Source of the DNA: Harriotta raleighana | Lineage: Eukaryota | Direction of reading: 5' to 3' | Length of the DNA: 64,000 bases | NCBI GenBank assembly: GCA_050575255.1 | Contig: JBNZDD010013631.1 | Location: forward strand, 935,989 to 999,988 | Shown: positions 37,811-51,257 of the stretch, in pieces | How positions within the stretch are numbered: position 1 is the stretch's first letter | How the letters are laid out: every line of letters begins with the position of its first letter | The notes under the pieces: generated by a model | What the model saw: the letters and a program-made list of their open reading frames with translations, nothing else | What the model was told of the DNA's origin: nothing | The model's database searches: none | Translations under genes and position numbers: made by a program

Positions 37811-38186
37811 TAGTCTGGCTCAGTTGGCAACACTCTTGTTGAAGGCTGAGGGCTACATCAGCTCATAGTTCAGGCTGATGATTTGCAGGGTAAGGGGAGG
37901 AAGTTCGAGAGGGACCATTGGTCAGCAGCATTATCTTTCGGATGACATGTAAAATGGCCCATTCAAATGGATGTTAAAGATCCCCCGGCACTATTTCAAG
38001 AGAGTAAGAGAGTTTCTCCTAGTGAGCTGGCTAAGAATTCCCCCAGTAAAACTACTGATTGTAAATTTCATTGGCTGGTTGTGGAACATTGCTGTGTGCA
38101 AAATTGTCTGCTGTGTTTGCCTGCAAATACACAGTCATTGCAGAATTGTGTTTAAAAACATTGTGCAGAGTGTTTTGAAGTGTTTG
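37811..38186 (+). mobile_element. Old DeuSINE-type SINE (complete copy at about 39626-40045)
   Basis: tggctcagttggcaacactctt head; ctttcggatga...ggatgttaaagatcccccggcactatttcaagagag Deu core; ttgctgtgtgcaaaattg tail body. Confidence 0.85.
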
Positions 38187-40084
38187 NACTTCAGGTGGGA
38201 CCTGAAACCGGGAAGAGAGAGGGAGAGGCAAAGGGAGCGAGGATGGTAGTTCCAGAGCCTCGGGGGGTAGTGGCTGGAGGCAATTAGTGTAAGGCACTTT
38301 GAGGGGGTTTTAACACAAGGCACTATATTAAAAAAAAGTCTTTTTTTAATGGTTTTTGCCTGGGTATGTTTCGAAAGAGAATGTGCTTAACTCTCACCCA
38401 AGCGATCATCACATCTAGGTGTTATACTAAGACAACTTCCTGCGTTTCGGCCTTTACAACTCTTCCCTCCACAAGCTGTGGATCATCCAGAACTTTGCAG
38501 CTCATGTCCCACCCTGCACCATCTTTATGACCCTATATTACCCCCACCTTCGCCCAGCTCCACTGGCTCCCCATCCCCCAAAGAATAGTGTTCAATATCC
38601 TTGTCCTCATCCTCAAGGGCCTCCACAGCCTTGCTCCTTTCTGCCACCCCATATCAACTTCTCTGCTCTCTCTGTACAACAGGCCCCAGTCTGTTCTATG
38701 TTCCCACACCTTGCCTGACTGATCATTGGTGGTTGGGCTCTGGCATCACCCTTTGGAACTCCATCCCGCATTCACTATCGATTGAGACATCCTCACGATG
38801 TGAAAGTCAATGTACAAATGTAATTCTTTGAATTTCAGAGCTGGATCCAGTTAAAACTGTCTGAATTTATGCTTGTTCTGGGGAAGTGCCTTATGATATA
38901 GCACTCGTCTTTAAGAGAGTGGATCTTATGAAGCAAATATCCACAAAAGCTAACACTCACTCCATACTTTCCTCTACATATTCACTGTATTACGCTTAAA
39001 AATGACTTTAAAATAACTATTTGTTTTCATAGGGCAGTAGCACTCCCACAGTTGAGAGCAGTGAAGATAAGATGTCGAAAGACTTTTAGAGAGCTGAGGA
39101 TATGCTTTAGGCCTGTTGTTTCAGGACAAGAAACAAGCTGCGACATGTATGATCAGGGCTGGGTCATGGTTCGATGTTGAGTCAAGAGTATCACAGAACT
39201 GCAGTATTTAAGTTGCAGTTTGGCCCTGGGGGGCTGTTAAGAGGCTGTGAAACACACTGAGATTTTATTTATAAAATACTTTTGTACACTATGACAATGT
39301 CAGGTGATGATATTAAACATCTGCACAGTGTGGTGTGCCAATATTTATGCTGGCATTTCTAGGTTGTGTGCTTTAAATCCCCCCCGAAGGGCTTTTCATC
39401 ATTAATTAAAAATATTTCTGGTTACAACATTAGTCGGTGATTCCTAAAGGTTAAATATATGACATATTTGGTATAAATATTTGCTAACGCTGTATTAATA
39501 TGAATAATTTCAGTTTTTCACAATATCTCTCCCTTTTCTGTAACCAGTATTTTATCCAAAGTTTGATATTTCAGCCCAAAAGTCTCTACATTCAGGACAT
39601 ACGTGTAGAATATAAGGCATACCATTAGTCTGGCTCAGTTGGCAACACTCTTGTTGAAGGCTGAGGGCTACATCAGCTCATAGTTCAGGCTGATGATTTG
39701 CAGGGTAAGGGGAGGAAGTTCGAGAGGGACCATTGGTCAGCAGCATTATCTTTCGGATGACATGTAAAATGGCCCATTCAAATGGATGTTAAAGATCCCC
39801 CGGCACTATTTCAAGAGAGTAAGAGAGTTTCTCCTAGTGAGCTGGCTGAGAATTCCCCCAGTAAAACTACTGATTGTAAATTTCATTGGCTGGTTGTGGA
39901 ACATTGCTGTGTGCAAAATTGTCTGCTGTGTTTGCCTGCAAATACACAGTCATTGCAGAATTGTGTTTAAAAACATTGTGCAGAGTGTTTTGAAGTGTTT
40001 GTCACGGTGATCAGGTGCTCTTTGAAATAATAAGCATTATTATAAATTTTCCCTGGTATTTAGTTGCCATATTTTCCTTCACTC

Positions 40085-40472
40085 TCCCTGCTCACATGTC
40101 GAAATCTTTCATGATCTTGAAGACCTCTATCAGGTCCCCGCGTAATCTTCTCTGCTCTAATGGGAAAATTCCTAACTTCTCCAGCCTGTCCTCATAGCTA
40201 AGGTTCCCCATTCCTGGAATCATTCTCGTGAATCTCCTCTGCACCCTTTCCAATGCCTTAATGTCCTTCCTGTAGTAAGGTGCCCAGAACTGGACGCAGC
40301 ACTCCAGCTGAGGCCTAACCAGTGTTTTGTATAAATTAAGCCTAACTTCCCTACTCTTAAACTCTATGCCCCTACTAATAAAGCACAGTACACCAAATGC
40401 CTTTTTTTTACTGCCTTATCTACCTGCCCTGCTACCTTTAATGATTCACTTACTTGAACACCCAGATCTCTC
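40085..40472 (-). mobile_element. CR1 LINE RT C-terminal fragment
   Basis: Reverse complement translates, with one frameshift, as RDLGVQV..SLKVAGQVDKAV...LYKTLVRPQLECCVQFWAPYYRKDIKALERVQRRFTRMIPG...LRGDLIEVFKIM. Confidence 0.95.
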
Positions 40473-41589
40473 TATACGTTCACCCCCCTTAAGTTTGAGC
40501 TACCAAGACGTTGCCAACAACGCCCTCAAATAAAACTTATTGGCTGTTTGTGGGCTATTGCTGTGCGTAAATTGTTCAGCAAAATACACACAGTCACATC
40601 ACTTTCCAGTCTATTCTTCTGTGAAGCCCTTTGAGACATTCTCTGATTGTGAAAGAAGCCACAGGAAGTGCAAGGTTTTTATTTTTTTATTTTATTATTC
40701 TTACTACTGTATTATTTTGACATACTGCATATGTGGAAACAATCTAAGAAATGGTTGAAAACTTTTGTTTTAATTTTTGCACATGAGTAAAGAGGTAGAA
40801 TAATAAGCTTTATTTGGTTAAGATGTGCAATACACTGACCCGCTGTGCTATCATTCATTAATGAAAGATTGAAATCTATTGGGAAATAAAAGCGACTGAC
40901 GTCTAGTTATACAATAGAGAGAAGCCATACATCTTCGGATCTGTATTATTTTGTGCACCCTGCGAGTTTTAAATTACTGCAACGTCTTCACGTTCCTCCC
41001 TCTTTCACTCTCTTTTATTTCCCACTGGATTAACATCTTTCATTATTTTATTTGATGCATTGGTAATCAGGGAATCTTACCTGTTAAATACTCTCTATTC
41101 TTTCTGCCCATGGACCTTTCCCACCCGATAAAATGGCCAAGCAAGCAAACTAGTGACTGATACTGGGGCTTTTAATTTGCCTGCAAGGATAAGATGGATT
41201 TTCTAATTTAAGAATACTGTTATTTCCACTATGCACCATGAAATCTTTTGGCCCAACTAGTCTATACACCACCAGAGTCAATTCAATCCTGGAATGTTAC
41301 CTTTTAAATTGTTGGCCCCCAATGCTAACAATTTATGAGGTAACAAAGGCATAATCTTTTCTATCACACCAATTTGTTAAAGATTACTGTCGATAGCTCC
41401 CCAGATAATTTATTCCTAAAAGACACAGCCCAAAGCCAACGTACAAAGTTACAAAACTAAACATTAATGTTTGGAGAGTGTGACTGGAAATGCATTTATC
41501 AACGTGGATGAGCAACTTAACATGACTGATCAAGGACTAAGAGAATCAGAGGATGGGATGGGGGAGGAAAAAGATGGAGGGGAATAGAA

Positions 41590-41985
41590 TCATTGCATTT
41601 TCATCACACTTTATCACACTGAAATGTCTCAGAAAAGTGCTTCAGAAACAATTGCTGTCGATTGTAGTGGCTGTTGTGGTAGCCAATTGTGGTAGCCATT
41701 TGCATACACCAAGATCCCACAAAAATAGTTCATCTGAGTCAATGATTAAATAACCTGCAAAGTTGTTGGCTGAAACATCAAGAGGAACTTCTTTCTATTT
41801 TCAAATAATAACGCCGAAATTAATAGTTTCGAAGGATGATTTTATTATCCACCCGAATACAGACAGGTTCTTGATAACATCTCTTCCAAAAAAACAGCAC
41901 ATCCAAAAATACAGTAGTCTCTTCATGTTACACCTGATTGGCAACCTAGTTAAGATCAATTACTATTGGATTCGAGGGTGGAGTA
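41590..41985 (-). mobile_element. Very old DeuSINE-type remnant
   Basis: gtagccatttgcatacaccaagatcccaca...gttggctgaaacatcaagaggaac...atccacccgaatacagacagg. Confidence 0.55.
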
Positions 41986-41989
41986 CTTC

Positions 41990-42241
41990 ATATACACATA
42001 CAAATTAACCCCATGTCTACGGATAATATCACCAAGGGAAGCACGTAGAAGTTGAAAAGAGGAAGGGACCGAGGACAGAGCCCTGAGGTACACCACATGA
42101 GATGAGGAGGCTGGAGAGAGAAATCATTAGCGGAGACGAATTGGAGATGGTATGAGAGATAAAACCTTAACCAGGCAAGGACAATGCCTAGCAGGCTGAG
42201 TTGAGAGGAGAGTTGGTGGTGGAGGAGGATTGAATGGTCCA
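41990..42241 (-). mobile_element. L2 RT-core fragment
   Basis: gggaccgaggacagagccctgaggtacacc reads GVPQGSVLGP on the minus strand; DHSILL...LAWLRFYLS upstream. Confidence 0.88.
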
Positions 42242-42564
42242 AATGAACACAGAAACATTGTTTCGTACAATGTTAACGACACAGGGATGGGATTTGTTTG
42301 GCGGAAAATAATTTCAGTGGGTCTAAATATTTACTTCTGTTTATCAAAGACGTGCCTGTTCAAATCTGAGTTATTATGAGGAAACATCAAATTTAATCCT
42401 TGCTCTTAGAATTACTGGAAAATGGTGGATTCTGTTGACTGCAACTACAGGTGATGAGATAGGTAGTTACAGATGAACAGGTGGCAAAGCAAAACATATT
42501 AGCATTGGGGTCATTTCAGTATCCCAGAGATACACTGCAGACGAAACGAGGAAAGAACATAAAG

Positions 42565-42903
42565 TGGCGTCCTATAGCTCAGTGGTTGGAGCACTCGCCT
42601 CGCAAGTGAGATACCTGGCTTCTATTTCTGGCAGGGCAAAACGTTGGGCAACTTTCCTTACTCCACACACCTCTGTTTACCTAGCAGTAAGTAGAGCCCA
42701 GTTAGTTAGTCAATAGGCGGATCACTTTTCAAGGGGTAATAATCTCTAAAAGAAAAGTAGGAATAATTTGGACATTCAATCTAAGACTGTTTGTAGCACA
42801 TTGCATCCACAAATATACAGCCAATTCACTTTAAGGTATATTCTGTGAAGAGCTGTGAGATGTCTAGAAGACGATAGCAAATGTAACAATTACTATTATT
42901 ATT
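42565..42903 (+). mobile_element. tRNA-derived SINE, long form
   Basis: Head, then ttgggcaactttccttactccacacacctctgtttacctagcagtaagtag...gatcacttttc, then tail. Confidence 0.9.
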
Positions 42904-43739
42904 CAAATGAAAAAAAATACACACACTAATATTACTGATATGACTCTCTTGAGATGTAATTATTACTGTCATAAAAATCAACAAACAATAATGGTAATTC
43001 AATTAAACAAGACCTGATTTTAAATTTAATTAAATTTTAATTCAAATTTTTATACAAATCTTTACTATGTTGTCCTTGGGAGAAAAGGTGCACAATGTTC
43101 CACTTTTTATCACTGGCTTCTGGTTTCATATTGTCCGGCAGATTTTAAATTACGATAGCTAATTTATCATTCATTTCATGAGCCTTGATCTTCTCCATAA
43201 ACCTTGTGGGTGGAAATGTATCAAATACTTTGTGAAAACCATTCAGATTAAATCCTCTGAAATGTTCTTATCAACCATTCTCATTACCTTTTCAAACCCC
43301 ACCCGGTGGAACAAGCAACAAAGACTAACTTCAGACAGAAAATGCTTTTTAATTTAGTGCGCTTATTAAATACACTCACAGCTAAAGCACTGAATAAGGT
43401 GGATTAATGCAAGGCAAGGATGAATTATATAGATGTATGGCTTCTCTCCTTGGTTCAGGGGACTAATTGCAGTTAAACCACGAACCCCAATGAACAAGCT
43501 AACACATACATTCATTGCTACTGATCTCTTTCCCATCTGTAATCCGATATAAATAAGGTGTGTTTTTTTATTCTCATTTCATTCTTCAATGAAATTTAAG
43601 TGGATGTTAAAACTTAATGCACAATTTTTTTCCACATTTAAAGTTGTTTTGAGAATGTCAAGTGTTAACTCAGAAGGCCATAGCTATGTAATATAATAAC
43701 ACTCGGAGTGTCTTGTTTCCATGTTGTTTATTCTTTGTA

Positions 43740-43875
43740 AATAATAATCCTTGCATTTGATATAATGCCTTATTATGTCTTTGAGACATCTCAAAGCACT
43801 TCACAGTATATACCGTACAGTGAATTGACTGTATATCTTGTGGGTGAAATAATAATAATAATCATTGCATTTGAC
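43740..43875 (-). mobile_element. SINE 3' tail fragment
   Basis: aataataatccttgcatttgatat...gagacatctcaaagcacttcacag. Confidence 0.85.
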
Positions 43876-43953
43876 CTTATCATGTCTTCCCAATCCCCAT
43901 TATAAATCAATGTCCTCAATTGTAAGCCTGCATGGGTGAATGTCTGGCAATCT

Positions 43954-44270
43954 TGGTGTCCTATAGCTCAGTGGTTAGAGCACTCGCCTTACAAACATGA
44001 GACCTGTGCTTCAAATGCAGGCAGGTCAGGGCGAAACCTTTGGCAAGTTTCTGTACTCCACATACCTAATAATAATCCCTTCCCCCCAAAACCCCCCCCC
44101 CCAATAAAACAATAAAATCCATGACTGTTTGTGCGACACTGCTATGCACAATTGGCTGCAGCGTTTCACCCACAAATATAGTCAATTCGCTTTACAGTAT
44201 ATTCTTGAGACATTTAGAAAACGTGAAAAGCGCTGTATCAATTGCAAGGATTCTTATTTATTTTATTATT
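43954..44270 (+). mobile_element. tRNA-derived SINE, short form
   Basis: tggtgtcctatagctcagtggttagagcactcgcc...gtgaaaagcgctgtatcaattgcaaggatt. Confidence 0.92.
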
Positions 44271-44519
44271 ATAATAATGTTTGGATTTGCCCTTCACACT
44301 CAAATACTGTACTGAAACTGGCTCTAAAGACTCGCATTGAAACTTGCTGAAATGCCTCATACATTAAGAATAGCCATTTAGGTAAAGAGCTGTAGATTGC
44401 TATCTCCAAGATGAGTTATCAATTTCAAAGAAACAATGGGAATTTGAGTACAATAAATCGAGGAGATTAAATATGGTGGTTTGTTGCTTGTCACATTCCC
44501 ATGGATTTCCAGTGGGGGA

Positions 44520-44942
44520 ACATCAATGAATTTGGGGGTCTCGTAGAGTTGGTTGGGGGGAGAGTGGCGTTATTCTATTTATTACAGGTAAACCTCGCTT
44601 AACGTTGCGACCAGCAGCGAGTGAGTGAGCCAGTCAGGCAGTCAGGGAGAAACTTTGCGCTGAAAAGCAAGCTCACATAAACACATTCTAAGTGTTGTAA
44701 ATTGTAAATGTAAATACAGTAATTGGTCTCACAATTGTAATACTTTTTCATTTCAATAAAAATGTTAACAATTTAATGTTTTTTGTTGATACTTAAAAAA
44801 AAACTGATTAAAAACAGGTAAAGAATACATTGAATTTGCTGTTATCATTTGCGAAAATTATTCAATGTGAAGGAGGGTGGGGAGGGGGGACGAGCATCAA
44901 AAACTTGGCTGAGTTAGTGGGCTAAAGTTTGGAAGCCACTGA
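44520..44942. mobile_element. Degenerate DNA-transposon remnants (hAT-like end and pogo-like end)
   Basis: aaagtttggaagccactg at about 44925-44941 resembles a hAT/Charlie TIR; TA-caggtaaacctcgcttaacg at about 44583 resembles a pogo/Tigger TIR. No partner ends found. Confidence 0.35.
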
Positions 44943-46419
44943 CTTAATGTATGCACTTTGCTTCCCTTGGGAATCGGACTCTGGTCTGAGAGGAAATGTT
45001 TTTCCTCTATCTTGGGTTTCTCTGTGCTAAGCATGAATTTATTAAAATAAGGTATTTTTGTCAGTGTTTGTCTGAATTAAATGATCTTCTGCAAATACAT
45101 TCATTGTACTTGCTGATCGACTCATGTTTTGTTGAACTGAAACAAAGCCAATGTTGCTCATCAGTTGCTTCAGAGACTTGACAGTGGTCGCTGCCTAGTA
45201 AGGCAGATTTTCATTGACAAACTTTCCAAAGAAAATGCGAAACGATTAAAATAACATGAGACACGGCTTCTATTAAATGTATGTCTCGCACGTTTCAATG
45301 CAGCTCACAAAACAATGAACTCAAAGCCACACTGAAAGTGGCTTTCTTAAAACAAAAATATCAAACTCAAACCACTCCAAACTAATGGGTATCCTCTGAA
45401 GAAAAGGGGATGGTGAGTGGGAGCTGAGCTGATTCCAGGGGTAAAACGCTCTTGGCTATGGACTGTTGAAGTTGAGTTGATCCTCTGTGGTGGTCTCAGC
45501 AGTCAGCCAACCCATGGAGCGTGGGCCGGAAGTGGCCTGACAAACATTCGAGCTAGTTCAGGTGAGTTCGTTCAAAATTAGTGCTTTGTTTCCAGGATCT
45601 AACTAAGTAGCAATACTCATGGAGCGGTCATAAATGAAACAATATTCAATGAAGTTGGCCATGGTCATGGCCATGGGATGGTCCCAGACAAGGACAAAGC
45701 TTGCCATGCATTTCTCTTAATGGTAATCTATGCAATAGCAGTTGACTAAATTAAGTTTTGCCCACAGAATAGACAATCAACTCACTTTACAATGTAGTCT
45801 GTGAAGTGCTTTAAGACGTCTCGAAGTGATGATAAGGATCTAATATCAAATGCAAGGATTATTATTAAAGCTCAATAGTATACCAGCACACAGTCTGAGG
45901 ACCCCACACCTTGGCTCCCCAATCTTTTTTTTTGGGTGGTGGAGATAAGCAGAGACCACTTGGAGCTGAACTGGCTCCAAGGCGATATACGTTGAACAGA
46001 ATTTCAAAGCCATATCAGTTTCAGAAACCTTCTATAGGACTTGGCCAGGCATTGTCATGTTCTGCTCTTGGCCATTGCAGGGAACTCTCAACTAAGTAAA
46101 GAAACATTCCTCGTGTTGATATCCACTTATTGTGTTGAAACACCTCAAAGAGTTTCACGAGTAATTACTGTCAAATGTAGTGAGTACTTTTGCAGCAAAC
46201 ATGGCAGGGCTTTGATCGTCAAGGTCTAACAAACAGCTATCATGTGAATGATCAATCTGGAGGATTGTTAGCGGAGACACTGGGAAAACCATGCCTACAT
46301 TTTTGGCATTGTGTCAAGGGATCTTAACATCTGCCTCAGCAAATTGATGAGAGCTGATTTTAATATCTTAGCCTAGACATTGATATCAAACTCCATGGAA
46401 GTGTTTGTAGTCTACTTCC

Positions 46420-46570
46420 TCGCCTTACAAAATTGGTTTGGATGAATAAGCGTTTTGTCCCATTGAATCTCTTAGGTCCTGAACAGCCAGCTTACAATAC
46501 CTCATCACAACATCAAGATGTTTTTAAATGAGTCCAGTGTTGTGGCCTCAATCACCTTTCATAGCAATAT
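46420..46570 (-). mobile_element. Very old CR1-like 3' remnant
   Basis: Similar to 32830-33000. Confidence 0.45.
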
Positions 46571-47730
46571 TTGATCGTTTCTCTGCCTTCCAGGAGAACG
46601 CAGGACATTCGTGGCAAAGGGATGGAAAGTAAAGAGTGCAAATGTCAGGCACAAATGTAGTGAAACTCTGGCACTGACACGCCATGAATGGCCATTCCCT
46701 GATGAAAGGGTCAAGCAGCATTTTCAAATCCGTTTGATCAATCTTTTCACTGTACATATCTGACTTATTTAAGCAAATTCATTGTGACCAACATTTAAAA
46801 TATTTGCTCTTAAGCATTCTGGATTGATATCAGATGGACCCTTAGAAATATATAAAGACCTTTACATAAAGATGTGATAAGGTGCATATCAAATACAACA
46901 ATTATTATTATTATATTCGATTTTCTGGACTTTAAAAAAAATTAGATCAATCAAGGCCATACCCAGCCATCTGGCCCTTGGATGTTGCGGAAAGCCAGTG
47001 ATCCCATTCTTATGGAATTAAATAATCATTGCCAAGAGAGGAAAGCAATGAAACAACTTTGGATAGAATGAGAAGAGAAATTAACCCTGTGGAGCAAGAA
47101 AGAGACTCTTTGGGCTTTTTTATTTTGTGAAATGCTCGTGTATTTTGGATGGCTTTGCCCACATTTCTAAAGGTGAGTTATGAAGTAAGTGCGAATGGAT
47201 AACTACACGTCTAAAAGGCGTGAAAAGCACTATATCAAATGTGAGGATTATTATTGCTATTATAGAACCTCACTAGGATTACCTTCATGGAAGAATCTAA
47301 ACCGCAATATATTACAACTTTCTTGTTGGGTAGGTGGCTTGAAGTGTTTCAGGGGATTTAACGTAAAGTTTGTAGTGACTGTGCATTTTGTAAGTGTAAT
47401 TCAAATTCAGTCATCAATTAGTGCTTAGCGAATACACTGCCCCAAATGAGGCTTCATTCTAAAATGGTAACACTTGGATTTGATCAGAGCTAATTCTTAA
47501 CAGATTTCCTCATAATAAATTTGTAATGAATGAATGTGTTGTAGATATATTCTTCAGCGCATGCAGTATTTTAGACATTAAATAGTTACTAATTTCTTGT
47601 TAAGGGATCTGTTGAGAATTACCACAAATTGACCCCATCCTGGAAACATAATTAAACACAAGTTTCTATCTAGTCATAAAGATAAGCAGAAATGATCTCA
47701 ATTTAATCGTTAGCCCAGAATGTAGTAAAT

Positions 47731-48048
47731 ATAATAATAATCCTTGCATTTGATATCGCGCTTTTCATATCTTATCGACATCCCAAAGCGCTTCACAGAA
47801 TATACTGTGAAGTGAATTGACTATATATTTGTGGGCGAAACGCGGTAGCCAATTGCGCACAGCAGCGTCCCACAAACAGTCATGGATTGAAATGACCAAT
47901 TTTATTATTGTAGTTTTTTTGAAGGGATTATTATTAGGCATGTGGAGTAAGGAAACTTGCCCAAGGTTTCGCCCTGATCTGCCTGGATTCGAACACAGGT
48001 CTCACATTTGTAAGGCGAGTGCTCTAATCACTGAGCCACAGGAGCTCC
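47731..48048 (-). mobile_element. tRNA-derived SINE, short form, young full-length copy
   Basis: Most CpGs intact; ggattcgaacac B box; ctctaatcactgagcc A box. Confidence 0.96.
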
Positions 48049-48269
48049 TGTGAGGTGATCTAAACTCACTACTGTTCACTGTTTACATCAATGAGTTAGC
48101 CTTAGATTTAGGAGGCGCAGTGTCAAAATGATACGGCAAACACTGGGGCACACTACAAAAAGATGACAACAATAATGATAATTCTTGCATTTCCTATAGC
48201 ATATTTTACACTGGGAGAATATCTCAAAGTACTTCACATGATATATTTCAAGTACATTTAAATATCTAG

Positions 48270-48475
48270 ATCCTCACACATTTTCAAATCCCTGCCTCTC
48301 CAACTTCCTTACACCCCCAACCCACAATCTGCTGCCTCCGATTGACTCGCTCCAGACTTCTGCATGTCCCTTCGTTCCACCGTTGGTGGCTACGCTTTCA
48401 ACCACTATGCCCCCAAACTCTGGAATCTTCTTTCTCTATCCCTCTGCCTCACCCCTTCCTTCCCCATCTTCAGGT
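48270..48475 (+). mobile_element. L2 3' fragment
   Basis: caccgttggtggctacgctttcaaccactatgcccccaaactctggaat reads TVGGYAFNHYAPKLWN. Confidence 0.8.
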
Positions 48476-48489
48476 TGTGAATTAAGTGA

Positions 48490-49480
48490 ATTAAGAAAAC
48501 CTGGGGTTCAGATTAATAAATCTCTAAAGTGCCATCATAAGTGGATGAAGCCATAAAGAATGCAAATGGATTCATGGGCTTTATAGTGTAGAACAATAGC
48601 GTTTAATACAAAGGCAAAGATATAATGTTAAATTTGAATTAAACCTTGGTTAGATCAAATTTGTATTGTATAATATTCCAGTCACGAAACTACAAGAAAG
48701 AAATTTTGGAGAAAGTATATCATAGATTTAGTGGAGTTCTGTAGCTCAGTGATTAGAGCACTCAATTTGCAAGCAAAAAATCTGGGTTCGATTCCAGGTA
48801 GGGTGAAACCTTAAGCAAGTTTCCTTACTCCACACGCCCAATAATAATCCCTCAAAAAAACATAACAAATTCATCAATTCAATGCACGACTGTTAGTGGG
48901 ATACTGCTATGTGCAATTGGCTGCCGCGTTTCGCCCACAAATATATGGTCAATTCACTTTACAATATATTCTGTGAGGTGCTTTGCGACATCTAGAAGAC
49001 GTGAAAAGTGCTAAATCAAATGCAAGGATTATTATTATTTATAGGGTTGAAAAGATGCAGCAATCAGGATTGTATAGACCAGTCGGAGCATTTTTTTGCC
49101 CTGGAGATAAAGCGATTGAGAGGGGACCTGATGAATGTATTTAAAATTCTGAACTTGCTTGATGAGCTGAAATGTGTAGACTGTGTCCTATGTGTTTGTG
49201 AATTCATCAGAAGGAACCATGAATAACCATTGATAGATCTAAAAGAGTTTAGAATGAACTTCTTTACACAGACATAACTTATTGCCAGAAGCCGTGGTTA
49301 AAGTAGAAAACATCTATTCAAGGGGAACTGTAATGCATATTTGGCAGGAGAATTGGATAGAGGCGGCTAGAGAGCAGACAATAATGTTGGATGGAGACTT
49401 GTGTGAAGTATAAACATGAGCGTAGACCAACAGACCCTCTTTTGGGACCAACAGAGCCTCTTTGGTGATGTAGATAGTGT
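48490..49480 (+). mobile_element. Old CR1 RT/3' fragment split by a SINE
   Basis: VDEAIKNANGFMGFI...TLVR...LEKV..RF, then the SINE, then FALEIKRLRGDLMNVFKIL. Confidence 0.8.
48731..49039 (+). mobile_element. tRNA-derived SINE, short form, nested in CR1
   Basis: gtggagttctgtagctcagtgattagagcac...ggttcgattcc...(att)n. Confidence 0.95.
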
Positions 49481-50580
49481 GTATTTTACGTTAGGAATCG
49501 TTAGAGGAATAATTAATATTAAGTGTTCCCAGACTTGGGAGTAGAGAAGAAATTAGCCAGAGGCTCCAGTTTCTAATTACTAACTATTGACTGTACCAGC
49601 GTTCAGTATTTTTTAAAAGTTCTTGTTCAGAATCTCGGTGCTGAGGAATGGAGCATATTTGACCCTTATATGACATTTCTGTTTTACTCAACAATCCTCC
49701 TCATGGTCCCTGCCGGATACTGTCAATTTAGTGCCTATTAGTGTCAAATTACACAAAGTTTTCTGTGGTGTCCCATTAGGAACACTCGGAATTAGATTGG
49801 AACTGACAAAACCAATTCTACTTAGGATTGCTCACAGCCCAGCGAGGGAGAGCGAGATCCTTTCATCCTATCAGATTTATCTGGTTCGAGCACTTGGTCC
49901 GAAGAGGAGACTCTAGGATTCTACCTCACTAAAAGCCACCCACTGCCTTATAATAAATAACAATCCTTGCATTTGTTATAGCTCCTTATCACATCTTTGA
50001 GATATCCCAAAGAGCTTCACAGAAAATACTGTAAAGTGAATTGACAGTATGTCTTGTGGATAAAACTGTACATTCTGTGAAGCGTTTTGTGACATTTTCC
50101 TGTGGTGAAAAGCATTATACCAAAAGGCAAGGATTATTATTATTACAGCAACTGTTCTTTCATGAAGGAGGAACATGCACAAACTTCCCGATTCACGTTT
50201 CCCTGCTGGACTCTGCAGCTTCTTAGACTCTATAGAAGTACAGTACTCACATTCCCATTCCATCACCACTTTTTGGCAGAGAAATTAACCACTTACTGTT
50301 TGGGCAGTACTGTTTACCCACAAGCTTCATTTAAGCTGAATTGGAATTGGAATGAAAAAAATCAACGTAAAATATGTACTGTAATTGAGTTGATAGTGTG
50401 TGGCCCTCGATGATCCTGGCTGTGACTGGCAAGAGAGTTCAACAGGAGGAAAGCGAAGCTAGAGTGAAAAGGAGCAAAGTTTACCAAAAATAAGTTACAA
50501 CCAACCAACACAATGAAGGTTACTTTTGTGGTATTTCTCAATCGATTTATTTTCGAGGGACGTATAATTGTACACATTTG

Positions 50581-50616
50581 ATCTAAAGTATCAAATGTAT
50601 CTAAAGTATCAAATGT
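50581..50616 (+). repeat. Perfect 18-bp tandem duplication
   Basis: atctaaagtatcaaatgt twice. Confidence 0.95.
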
Positions 50617-51257
50617 GTTAAAAACATTTTTTTGAGAAAATGCACATTTCTGAAATTACATCTTGGCAATCTGGTAAAGTTGAAATTCTGCTTATTTTTA
50701 CCTGGAACAAAAATTTCAGATCTAAATATATCCTATGTGTATCTTTCACTATGGACAAGGGTTTGAATGTTCTGAAGACTGTCTATGCTATATTGAATGC
50801 TCTGGGCAGAAAATAAAACTGGAAGGGTATCAATGGTTTGTTTTATAATAGCACATAGAGTATCTTAAAATTTGGCAGCTTACCTGATTAACTTTTGTCG
50901 AGTTCCTCTTTTCTTTGTGCAATAGATAAATGGTATGAGAACGTAGTGTGTGATGCGCTAACTGCCACAGGTAATACTTATCACATTGTCTCTCATATTT
51001 TCGTCCATTATTTGTGGGACTCTGTTCTCCATTTTGACACTTTGCTAACATGAAAAGGGTTTGTTTCACGTTGTAATGTTGGGACATGAGAGCTTAATTA
51101 TGAAAACGAAATTCCGCATCATTTTGTAACATCAATACCGTGTACAGTATATTAAAATAATAAAGCAAATTTATGATTATTAGAGGGAAGAATTCATCTT
51201 TTAGGCTAATCAAGATAAAATGGGCAATAAATTAAAACTAAAGTCAAAATGGTAAAA

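Larger units (their letters stand above)
36373..40001. repeat. 1814-bp tandem duplication across a single N (likely haplotype or overlap artefact)
   Basis: 36373-38186, n at 38187, 38188-40001; I saw only about five substitutions. Confidence 0.95.
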
